Below, piece after piece: positions 32,084 to 40,642 of a DNA stretch of 64,000 nt (positions within the stretch are counted from its first letter, which is position 1; every line of letters starts with the position of its first letter). This DNA comes from an uncultured Acidobacteriota bacterium. Lineage in GTDB: Bacteria; Acidobacteriota; Thermoanaerobaculia; UBA5066; Gp7-AA6. The notes below the pieces were generated by a model. It did not search any database. It had not been told where the DNA came from and saw nothing but the letters and a program-made list of their open reading frames with translations. The stretch lies in assembly GCA_963764715.1 (NCBI GenBank), contig CAVXTP010000010.1, forward strand, positions 96,001 to 160,000, written 5' to 3'. The translations under genes and the position numbers were made by a program.

Positions 32084-33097
32084 TCAGCCCTTCTTCTCGA
32101 CGTGGCCGCCGAACTCGTACCGCATCGCCGACATCAACTTGCTGGCGAAGTCGGCCTCGCCGCGCGAGGCGAAGCGTTCGTAGAGCGAAGCGGTCAGGAC
32201 CTCGGCCGGCACTCCTTCGTCGATGGCCGCGAGGATCGTCCAGCGCCCCTCGCCCGAGTCCGAGACCCGACCCGAGAAGTTGGCCAGGTCCGGAGACTTC
32301 AGGAGCGCGATCGCCGTCAGGTCCAGCAGCCAGGATGCGATGACGCTGCCCCGGCGCCATACCTCGGCGATGTCCGGCAGGTGGAGGTCGTACTGGTAGT
32401 GCTCGGGGTTGCGCAGCGGCGTCGTCTCGGCGTCCACCTCGCGCTGGCCTTTGCCGACGTTGGCGTGCTTGAGGATGTTCAGGCCCTCGGCGTAGGCCGC
32501 CATGATCCCGTACTCGATCCCGTTGTGGACCATCTTGACGAAGTGGCCGGCCCCCGTCGGGCCGCAGTGGAGATAGCCGTCCTCGGCTGTGCCGCCCGTC
32601 TTCTCGCGGCCGGGCGTGCGGTCGATGTTGCCGCGCCCCGGAGCGAGCGTCTTGAAGATCGGGTCGAGGCGCCGGACGGCGTCGTCATCGCCCCCGATCA
32701 TCATGCAGTAGCCGCGCTCGAGGCCCCAGACGCCGCCGGAGGTCCCGACGTCGACGTAGTGGATGCCCCTGGGCCGCAGCTCCTTCTGCCGGCGGATGTC
32801 GTCGATGTAGTAGGAGTTGCCCCCGTCGATCAGGACGTCGTCCTTCTGGAGCTTGTCGGCGAGCTCGGCGACGGAGGCGTCGACGACCGCGGCCGGCACC
32901 ATGAGCCAGACGGCCCGCGGCGGCTTGAGCCGGGAGATGAACTCGTCGACGGAGCCTGCCCCGGCGGCTCCTTCACCCGCGAGCTCCCGGACGCTCGCGG
33001 CATTGCGGTCCCACACGACGCACTCGTGCCCGGCCTTCATGAGGCGGCGAACCATGTTCGCGCCCATGCGACCGAGGCCGATCATTCCGAGCTGCAT
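32084..33097 (-). CDS. gnd: 6-phosphogluconate dehydrogenase, decarboxylating (short type)
   Basis: [59 protein letters not shown]. Confidence 0.95.
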   Translation of the reverse strand: MQLGMIGLGRMGANMVRRLMKAGHECVVWDRNAASVRELAGEGAAGAGSVDEFISRLKPPRAVWLMVPAAVVDASVAELADKLQKDDVLIDGGNSYYIDDIRRQKELRPRGIHYVDVGTSGGVWGLERGYCMMIGGDDDAVRRLDPIFKTLAPGRGNIDRTPGREKTGGTAEDGYLHCGPTGAGHFVKMVHNGIEYGIMAAYAEGLNILKHANVGKGQREVDAETTPLRNPEHYQYDLHLPDIAEVWRRGSVIASWLLDLTAIALLKSPDLANFSGRVSDSGEGRWTILAAIDEGVPAEVLTASLYERFASRGEADFASKLMSAMRYEFGGHVEKKG

Positions 33098-33247
33098 GAC
33101 GCCCTCCGCGCAAATGTGACGCGAGTTTTATCACGCGGGCGCGCGCCGGCGCCTTCTCGGTGACGAAGGGAAGCCGGCAGGTCCTCGGCGTGGCGATGCG
33201 ATCGGCCCGGACCGTTCCGACGGCGGGCTGACGGACCGTCAGCCAGG

Positions 33248-33278
33248 AAAAAGCCCCCGGGCCTCGCAGCCCGGGGGC
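33248..33278 (-). terminator. Intrinsic terminator
   Basis: Minus strand GCCCCCGGGC-loop-GCCCGGGGGC followed by TTTTT, just downstream of 33301-33879. Confidence 0.7.
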
Positions 33279-33300
33279 GAAGAGACATTTCGACGTTTGG

Positions 33301-33879
33301 CTAGTATCTGGCGCCGACGAAGGTGATGTCGTCCGTCTTGGCGTTGATGATCGCCACGCCGCAGGCCGTTGCGGCGCCCGTCCCGTCGAACTTGCACCCG
33401 ACGAGACCCCCGGCCTGGGCCTTGCACTCGTCCTTGTCGACCTCGGCCACCCACCAGCCCGAGTTCGCCGGCATCTTGTAGACGTTGCCCTCGGCGTAGA
33501 CGGCGACGAGCATCGCGCCGGACCCGGTCCCGCCGTTCGAGCACGTGAACGTGCCGTCCTTCGAGTAGTAGAGGACCTTGTCCTCGTCGTCCCAGAGCGC
33601 CTGCACGTCGTCCACGTTGCCGTCGCCGTCGATGTCGATCTTCTCGGCCCAGATCGAATCCGTGTCGCCGGCCGAGTTGGCCGTGTTGACCGAGGCCTTG
33701 CCCTTGCCGATCGACGTTCCCTTGGTGGCGTTCGCGGGCGGAGGCGCGCCGGCCTTGCCCTTGGTCGCCGACGGATTGACCTTCACCGGAGCCTGAGCCG
33801 CGCCCTGAGCGAGAAGCGACGACGCGCCGACGATGGCGCACACCGAAAGGACCGCCAGGATTCGAAGCGCTCGAGTCAT
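33301..33879 (-). CDS. Secreted hypothetical protein with DxDxDG motif and four Cys in the mature part
   Basis: GGAGG RBS, signal peptide, KIDIDGDGNVDD; own terminator. Confidence 0.75.
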   Translation of the reverse strand: MTRALRILAVLSVCAIVGASSLLAQGAAQAPVKVNPSATKGKAGAPPPANATKGTSIGKGKASVNTANSAGDTDSIWAEKIDIDGDGNVDDVQALWDDEDKVLYYSKDGTFTCSNGGTGSGAMLVAVYAEGNVYKMPANSGWWVAEVDKDECKAQAGGLVGCKFDGTGAATACGVAIINAKTDDITFVGARY

Positions 33880-34057
33880 CGTGTGTTCCTCCTTGTTTTT
33901 CCGGCGAAGCCTATCGCAGGTGGCGCAGTCGCCGCCTGTCCGCCGGTCAGGGAGGTTGAGCAGAGGTTTCGTGGCCGCGTTGAGTGTCGGGTTCGCGGCG
34001 GGGAGAAGGGCGAGGCCGCCGCCCCCGGGATGCCGGGGCGCGGCGGCGACACGCAAG

Positions 34058-34498
34058 CTACTTCTCGACGGTCAGCTTGAGGCCTGACGCGGCGACCTTG
34101 ATGTTGGCGCCTTTCGTCTCGCTCTTGAGGTTGATCACGACGCCCTTCCCGTTGCGCAACGACGACACGCCCGCGCCCTTGCCCGCGGTCCCTTCGGCGC
34201 CCGCCGCGGCATAGACGCCGTCGAAGTCGTCGATGCTCTTCAGGTTGTACACGGTCCCGGTGGCCTCGGCCCTGGTGATGCCCACCTCGGCCACGGACAC
34301 GCCCTCGATCTTCACGTCGTAGCTCCGGCCCATGTATTCGAGCTTGCCCCGGCCCCAGTTCCAGCCGATGCCCGCGGCGACCGATCCCTCGGAGAGCCGA
34401 AGCGTGGCATCCGGGGCCTTGTCGTCGGCCAGGAGACCCCCCGCCATCAGCACGAGAGCGGCGGCCAACGCCATGGAGACGATCCGTCGGTGGTTCAT
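34058..34498 (-). CDS. Secreted beta-rich protein, DUF1134/EipA-like
   Basis: Signal peptide; GIGWNWGRGKL, GTVYNLKSIDDFDGVY, LRNGKGVVI pattern. Confidence 0.55.
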   Translation of the reverse strand: MNHRRIVSMALAAALVLMAGGLLADDKAPDATLRLSEGSVAAGIGWNWGRGKLEYMGRSYDVKIEGVSVAEVGITRAEATGTVYNLKSIDDFDGVYAAAGAEGTAGKGAGVSSLRNGKGVVINLKSETKGANIKVAASGLKLTVEK

Positions 34499-34616
34499 TG
34501 CGACCTCCTCATCGGGACGCGCCCCGGGCGACCGGGTCATTCCGGCGAAACGAGGCCGTCCATCCCGGGGATCCTGCAAATTCGACGCCCGCTTTTTCGA
34601 GCGCCTTCCGGTCGCC

Positions 34617-35357
34617 CTAGCGGCCCAGCCGGGAGACGACGTCGCGCAGGGGGGCGTCCGAGATCTGGATGAGCCCCTCGAAGGGCCGATCCATCTCGAG
34701 GATCAGGAAGATCGCCGCCGCGACCGAGAGCGCGCAGACGAAGAGCGCGACGCGCGAGGTCGCGTTGGGCCGGGCGTAAACGGCGAAGCCGACGAAGAGG
34801 ATCGTCAGCCAGAAGACGACGATCACGAGGAGCGGCGTCGAGATGGCGCTGTTGCGCTGCGCGTGCATGAGCCAGCGGATCCGGCCGAGGCCCATCGCGA
34901 GCTGCGCCACGGTCGCCTTGATCTCCTGCTGCTGCCCCGTGGAGGGCTGCAGCCGGTCGATGGCGTCGTAGAGGGCCTCTCCGGCGGGCGACGGCGGGAC
35001 CACGCCGTGCGTCCAGAGCTGAGCAAAGGCCGCTTCCACCGTGCTCTTCAGCTGCGCCCGCGCGGCCGCAGCCTCGGGGCCGTAGTGCGCGAGCCCCCGG
35101 TCGAGCAGCGCGACGTCGGCCGAGATCTGGATCAGCTCGTCCCGCTGCGCGTCGTAGGAGCTCTTGGCCGAGGCGACGAGGAGGCCGAGGACAAGGGCCG
35201 CCATCGTTCCGACGAGGCCCGTGCCGACCTTGAGGACGTCGCGGGAGTCCGAGTCCCGGTGATGCTCGGGCACATGCAGCGCGAAGCCGACGAGCGCGCC
35301 CCCGTACACGCAGGCGAACACGATCACGGTGACGAGCCACGGGCTCACCGCGTTCAT
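34617..35357 (-). CDS. DUF4239 / bestrophin-like membrane protein
   Basis: TMAALVLGLLVASAKSSYD, LLDRGLAHYGPEA, LILEMDRPFEGLI. Confidence 0.7.
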   Translation of the reverse strand: MNAVSPWLVTVIVFACVYGGALVGFALHVPEHHRDSDSRDVLKVGTGLVGTMAALVLGLLVASAKSSYDAQRDELIQISADVALLDRGLAHYGPEAAAARAQLKSTVEAAFAQLWTHGVVPPSPAGEALYDAIDRLQPSTGQQQEIKATVAQLAMGLGRIRWLMHAQRNSAISTPLLVIVVFWLTILFVGFAVYARPNATSRVALFVCALSVAAAIFLILEMDRPFEGLIQISDAPLRDVVSRLGR

Positions 35358-35476
35358 GAACGTTTCCTCCGTCGTCGAGAGCCGGCCCGGAATTTCGTGG
35401 GGCGAGTAGATCATCCGGCGGTTCGCGGCGTCAACGTGATGCGGAGCGAAGTCTGCTACGCTGAACCGACCTCACC

Positions 35477-36226
35477 GTGAGCTCGCCCATGACCGCCCCC
35501 CCGGCCGCCCGCCGGCCGGAGCGCAAGTTTCCGCGGCGCGCCGGGCTCCTAGCCCTCGTCGTGGCGTTCGCGCTCGCGTCGATCGCGGCGGCACAGGACA
35601 TCAGCACGCAGTTCTGGCCGGAGATCGACACGTTCGTCCGGCTGAACGACCACATGCGGATCTACGTTCCGCTGAGCAGGACCCGGGTGGGGACGGACGG
35701 CTCGGATCAGGACGGCACGGTCGGGATGTACCTCGACTACTACGTCCTGCCGCTGGCGAGGTTCGGCGTCGAGGATCCGTCGAAAGTGGTGCGTACCCGT
35801 CGGATCCTCCTCCGTGCCGGCTACAGCTACACGGTCGGAGACGATGGCCAGCCCGCCACGAACGCCTTCACCGCCGAGGGGACGGCGCGGCTGACTCTAC
35901 CGTGGGGCCTCCTGCTGAGCGATCGCAGTCGCTTCGATCTGTTGTTCTCGGGCGGCGACTTCGATCCGCGCTACCGGAACCGCATCCGGTTGGACGGCAC
36001 CGTCGACTTCGGGAAATGGTCGCTCAACCCCTACGCCTACGGCGAGTTCTTCTACGACTTCGACCAGGGGGATTGGCTGAAGACCCGCGCGACGGCCGGC
36101 CTGGAGGTGCACGTCTGGGAGCGGGTCGTGCCAGAGCTCTACTTCCAGCGCGACTTCGGGAGCCAGTCGGGGTCGACAGGCGACGTCAAGGGCTTCGGCC
36201 TCGTCGTGAGCATTTACCTGAGGTAG
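35477..36226 (+). CDS. DUF2490-like outer-membrane beta-barrel protein
   Basis: Signal peptide, QFWPEID, DRSRFDL, RYRNRIRL, PYAYGEFFYD, aromatic residue near the C-terminus. Confidence 0.65.
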   Translation: MSSPMTAPPAARRPERKFPRRAGLLALVVAFALASIAAAQDISTQFWPEIDTFVRLNDHMRIYVPLSRTRVGTDGSDQDGTVGMYLDYYVLPLARFGVEDPSKVVRTRRILLRAGYSYTVGDDGQPATNAFTAEGTARLTLPWGLLLSDRSRFDLLFSGGDFDPRYRNRIRLDGTVDFGKWSLNPYAYGEFFYDFDQGDWLKTRATAGLEVHVWERVVPELYFQRDFGSQSGSTGDVKGFGLVVSIYLR

Positions 36227-36236
36227 CGCGTCGGGT

Positions 36237-37465
36237 CTAAGGCGGCTTCTCGGGTCCCTCTCCCGAAACTAGGATCGGCGGCCTTTTCGCCCAGGAATAG
36301 CCCTTCTCGGCCATTGCGTACGCGAAATCGAAGAGCTGGCTCATGTAGCTCGGATCGAACTCCGCGGTGTGGGGGACGCGGAAGGTCTCGGGGATGTAGG
36401 CGAGGTTGTACTCGACCTGGTCGCGCTGTGTGATCGAGAAGATGCGGTAGAGGTCCCCGATGCCCTGGTACTGGATCAGGCAGGCGATGGCCCGCATGGC
36501 GATCGGCAGCGTCCGGCGGTCGACCTCGGCCCATTCGGGGTCCAGGCGCGCGTTGCGGATGACGTAGAGCTTGCGTTCCCGCTCGACGCCGCTCTCCTCC
36601 GAGACTTCGTTCAGCTTCATGCCCGCGGGGTAGACGAAGACCTGCGACGCCGTGCCCCCGTCGACGTGCATCTCGTCGTAGGGCCGCCCCCGGCCTCGAC
36701 GTCGATCATGACGGGCGGAAACGTGCCCGGGATGGCGGCCGACGCCAGCAGGATCTTCCGGACCAGGTCGAGGGCGCCGGCGCGGCGGCTCGCCGCGATC
36801 TTCGTGACATTCCAAATGACCGGGCGCCGCGCGTCGAGGTTCGCCGTCCCGACGAGGAGGATGCGCCCTTTCTCGTGCTCCTGCGCGATGGCCTCGAGCA
36901 TCTCCGGCGTCACGGACTTTTTCAGCAGGTTCCAGAGCGGAGTCGTGTCGGCCATCGAGTCGCCGTAGATCACGGAGAGGATAGACCGCTGGACGGCGAT
37001 GTCCTTCATCGACACGGCGGTGTACATGGCCTTGAGCTGGTCGTCCCAGGCGGAGCCCAGGAACGCGAACGGCGAGATGAGGGCGCCGGTGCTCACGCCC
37101 GTGACGAGCTTGAACTCCGGCCGCGTCCCGGCCTTCGTCCAGCCGGCGAGCAGCCCCGCCCCGAAGGCGCCGTTGTCGCCGCCGCCGGAAATCGCGAGGT
37201 AGGCCGCGGGCGGCAGGGGACCCGAATGACCCCGGGCGGCGAGATTGGCTTTTTCGCGAGCCCAGGATTCCACGAAGTCCTCGCGGAAGAGCTCGAGTCG
37301 GGCGGTGTCGCGGGGAAAATACCGGATCCCGTACGGGAAGCCCACGACGGTCGCCTCGGTCTGCAGGCTCGAGGGGACGGCCTGCCGCCGCGTCGCCGTG
37401 GCGCAGCCCTGGGCCAGCAAGGCGGCGAGGAGAGCGAGCGGCGCGAACCGGATGCGGGTGTTCAT
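36237..37465 (-). CDS. Patatin-like phospholipase lipoprotein (frameshift near 36690)
   Basis: Lipobox AQGC; ISGGGDNGAFGAG, TGVSTG (catalytic Ser), ASAAIPG; HVDGG in the downstream frame. Confidence 0.85.
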
Positions 37466-37515
37466 GAGGAGGCCTCCTCGTCGGGACGGCGAAGCATACA
37501 ACCCGCCGGCGCCTG

Positions 37516-38055
37516 TCAGCGCAGGGACCAGCCGAGCATGAAGAGCGCGGCGGCCGCGATCCAGCTTCCCGCCACGCGGACGGCGATGCGAGCCGGCGGA
37601 GACTTCAACGTGGCGACCAGGGCGGTGAGAATCGCGACGACGACGAACACGGCGCAGGCGATGCCGAGAGCGTTGCCGAGGACGGCCGCGTGCGCTCGAC
37701 CGAGCTCGATCCCGTTCCAGGCGCCGTTCCAGAGACCGAGCGCCATCGCAAGAATGGCCACGGCGGTACTCGAAAGCGGCCGGTCCGCCGCGGCGAGTGC
37801 GCCGAGGACGATCGTCAGGACCGCGGCGAAGACGGGCCAGACCCAGTGCGGATGGAAGAACCGTCCCGCGACGATTCCGACGAGCCAGGCCGGAGGCAGC
37901 GCGAAGAGAGCGGTCCGACCGCCCTGGGGGCCGCGCAGTCCCGAAAGGAGGGACAGGGCGAGGACCGGCAGCAGGTCCTCGGGCGTCGTGAAGAGGTGCG
38001 CGAGCCCGTCGTAGAACGGCCCGAGCCCCGTGTTCATGAGATGCGCGAGGAGCAT
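37516..38055 (-). CDS. HupE/UreJ family protein (degenerate metal motifs)
   Basis: AHLMNTGLGPFYDGLAHLFTTPEDLL; multi-TM; RVAGSWIAA. Confidence 0.7.
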   Translation of the reverse strand: MLLAHLMNTGLGPFYDGLAHLFTTPEDLLPVLALSLLSGLRGPQGGRTALFALPPAWLVGIVAGRFFHPHWVWPVFAAVLTIVLGALAAADRPLSSTAVAILAMALGLWNGAWNGIELGRAHAAVLGNALGIACAVFVVVAILTALVATLKSPPARIAVRVAGSWIAAAALFMLGWSLR

Positions 38056-38060
38056 CGTTC

Positions 38061-38669
38061 TTACGTCAGCGCCCGCCAGAGGAAGGCGAGCCCCGCGAGC
38101 GCCACGATGGCGCCGGCCCAGCGCAGGACGGTGCGGCCGATCGGCCAGCGGTGGATGAGACCGATCCCGATGCCGGTGGCGTGGAGCAGGCCCGTCGCGA
38201 TCACGAACCCGATGCTGTAGAGGAGGCCGTTTGCTCCCGCTGGCAGCTCCGTTCCGTGGGCGTGCCCGTGGAAGATCGCGAAGAACCCGACGAGGGCTGC
38301 CGCGATTCCGAGCTTCGGCCGCGCCTCGAAGAGGACCGCCGCGCCGAGCCCGATCGCCGAGAGGGCGATGCCGACCTCGATGCCCGGGATCCGTACGCCG
38401 AGGAGTCCCAGCGTCCCGCCGAAGGCCATGACCATCGGAAACGTCACCGGGAGCAGCCAGACGGCCGGCGGCCCGAGCTGGGCTCCCCAGAGGCCGACCG
38501 CGATCATCGCCAGGACGTGATCGAGCCCCGACACGGGGTGCGCGAGCCCCGCGAGAAGCCCGGTCGCCTCGCCGCCCCGCGTATGGGCGAAGGCCCGGAC
38601 GGGGAAGAGCAGCCACGCCAGCAGCAGGAGCGAACCGGCCCGGAAGGCGCGCCGCAGGTCGTCGCTCAC
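38061..38669 (-). CDS. HupE/UreJ family Ni/Co transporter-like protein
   Basis: AH after the signal peptide, HPVSGLDHVLAMIAVGLW, FHGHAHGTE, TGLLH. Confidence 0.9.
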   Translation of the reverse strand: MSDDLRRAFRAGSLLLLAWLLFPVRAFAHTRGGEATGLLAGLAHPVSGLDHVLAMIAVGLWGAQLGPPAVWLLPVTFPMVMAFGGTLGLLGVRIPGIEVGIALSAIGLGAAVLFEARPKLGIAAALVGFFAIFHGHAHGTELPAGANGLLYSIGFVIATGLLHATGIGIGLIHRWPIGRTVLRWAGAIVALAGLAFLWRALT

Positions 38670-39670
38670 GAAGTCCACCCCAGGAGGATCGCCGTGCGCT
38701 GGATCGTCCAGAACGCCCCGAGCGTTCCGATGGCGTAACCCGGCAGGGCCTCGACCCAGCGCGGCCACCGGATCTCGAGGAGGCGGAACGAGCGCTCGAG
38801 CAGGAGAACGAGGAGAACGAACCCGACCTGCCCGATCTCGACTCCGACGTTGAAGCCGAGGAGCGCCAGCGGCAGATCCGCGCGAGGCAGGCCGGCGCTC
38901 GTCAGCGCGCTCGCGAAGCCGAAGCCGTGGATCAGGCCGAAAACGAACGCCACGACCCAGGGATGCTCGATCGTGAAGCTCGTCTCGCCCCGCCACACCC
39001 GGACGATCTCGGGCCCGAGGAAGAAGATCGAGAGGGCGATGGCCGCGTTCAGGGGCAGGATCGGGGCTTCGGCCCAGCCGAGGGTCGCGATCCCGAGCGT
39101 GATCGAGTGCGCCACGGTGAAGGCCGTGATGGTCTTGACGAGCGTCCAGCGGTCCTTGACGATCAGGAGCAGGCCCAGCACGAAGAGAAGGTGGTCGGCG
39201 CCGAAGGCGATGTGCCGAATCCCGTGAACGACGTACGAGCCGACGACAGAGAGTTTGCCCTGCGCCGCGGTGATCTCGACCCAGGGCTGCGACGGGCGGA
39301 CGATGGTCGACCACTTCCGGCCGTCGGCGAGCTCGACCCGCACCAGCACGTCGGTGATCGTCGCCTGCAGCCCGGGAAACTCGATCCGTTTCCCCGCGAG
39401 CCCGGCCGGCCCCGCGTCGATCGTCCGCCGCTCGAGGAGCGAGTCGGTGAGCTCCTGGATCGTCGGCTCGTGGACGTTCCGCACGCCGGCGGGCAGCCGG
39501 AGGCCGATGGGCAGGCGCATCCCGGCGAGGACCGGCGTGCGCCACAGCAGCTCGTAGCGGCCGGGCGCGGTTTCGCGGACTTCGAGATACGCGGGCCGCG
39601 CTTCGTGGGCCTCGGCGCGCGCTGCAAACGCCAAAAGCAGCGCTCCGAGAATCGCCGGGCGGCGTCTCAC
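38666..39670 (-). CDS. HupE/UreJ_2 family protein with periplasmic N-domain
   Basis: AHEARPAYLE, GIRHIAFGADHLLFV, TAFTVAHSITL, FGLIHGFGFA, FNVGVEIGQ. Confidence 0.88.
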   Translation of the reverse strand: MRRRPAILGALLLAFAARAEAHEARPAYLEVRETAPGRYELLWRTPVLAGMRLPIGLRLPAGVRNVHEPTIQELTDSLLERRTIDAGPAGLAGKRIEFPGLQATITDVLVRVELADGRKWSTIVRPSQPWVEITAAQGKLSVVGSYVVHGIRHIAFGADHLLFVLGLLLIVKDRWTLVKTITAFTVAHSITLGIATLGWAEAPILPLNAAIALSIFFLGPEIVRVWRGETSFTIEHPWVVAFVFGLIHGFGFASALTSAGLPRADLPLALLGFNVGVEIGQVGFVLLVLLLERSFRLLEIRWPRWVEALPGYAIGTLGAFWTIQRTAILLGWTS

Positions 39671-40542
39671 CGGGGCGCCTTCGTCGGGGGCGGGGCTTCC
39701 GGCGGCCCGGGCAGCACGAGCTCGTACTTCGCCCGCATCGCCTTGTAGGCCTTGTCCCACGCTTCGGCCTTGCGTGTCGCGAGCCACGCCGTCTTGACGT
39801 CCGGCTCGACTTCCTCGAACGCGGCGGCGCGCTCCGGCGTCAGCGAATCCACGAAGACGAGGTGCCAGCCGTAGCCCGACTCGATCGGACCCGACCAGGC
39901 GCCCGGCTTCTGGACGAAGAGCGCCCTGGCGAACAGGGGGCCGAAGTCCTTGGCGATCTGGTCGGGCGTGCGGTCGGCGAGGTAGTCCTGGAACATGAAG
40001 GGATCGCCGAGGGCTGCCGCGCCCGGGAAGCTCGCCGGCTTGCCCGCGAGCTTGCCGAGGGCGGCCGTCGCATCCGACCATGCGCTCTTTCCGCGCCGGT
40101 CGGGAGAGAAATAAAGGTGCCGGAACGTGACGCGCGCCGGCTGCGTGAAGAGCTTCGTGTTCTTCCCGAACCACGCCTTCAGCTCCTCGGTCGTCGGCTC
40201 GTGGGAGGCGGAGACGTCCTCGGCGAGGAATTCCATCTTCTGCGCCATGCGACGCCGGACGATGGTGTCGTCCTTGTCGAGGCCCATGGCGAGGGCCTCG
40301 CGATAGAGGATCTCCTCCTTGATCCGGCTCTCGAGCAGGCCCAGCATCTCCTGCTCGTTCGGCGGCCGCTGCCACTGCGCGGCGAAGCCGATCTGGAGCT
40401 GGCGCAGGTCGTCGAGGGTGAGGACGATCTGGCGCGGCGGGGCGGCCGCGCCCGTCGAGGGGTTGACGACGCGCGAGATCGCAAACAACGCGCCGCCGAG
40501 CAGCAGGAAGTGAAGCAGCGGCTCGCGGAGCAGGCGTTTCAT
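39667..40542 (-). CDS. Parvulin-like peptidyl-prolyl isomerase / chaperone (Rotamase_2)
   Basis: LLREPLLHF, EEILYREALAMGLDKDDTIVRRRMAQKMEF, WSGPIESGYGWHLV. Confidence 0.85.
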   Translation of the reverse strand: MKRLLREPLLHFLLLGGALFAISRVVNPSTGAAAPPRQIVLTLDDLRQLQIGFAAQWQRPPNEQEMLGLLESRIKEEILYREALAMGLDKDDTIVRRRMAQKMEFLAEDVSASHEPTTEELKAWFGKNTKLFTQPARVTFRHLYFSPDRRGKSAWSDATAALGKLAGKPASFPGAAALGDPFMFQDYLADRTPDQIAKDFGPLFARALFVQKPGAWSGPIESGYGWHLVFVDSLTPERAAAFEEVEPDVKTAWLATRKAEAWDKAYKAMRAKYELVLPGPPEAPPPTKAPR

Positions 40543-40642
40543 GCGGCGCACATCATAAGTCCCGCCGACGGACTGACCGCGCCGTCGCTCCCGACGGACG
40601 GCTCGCCCCGACTCCGTGCCGGGGCGAACCGCCTCCCGCGGG

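Noticed and set aside
33112-33135. CRP/FNR-like site upstream of gnd (TGTGAcgcgagTTTTA)
   Set aside because: The second half-site does not match at the required spacing.
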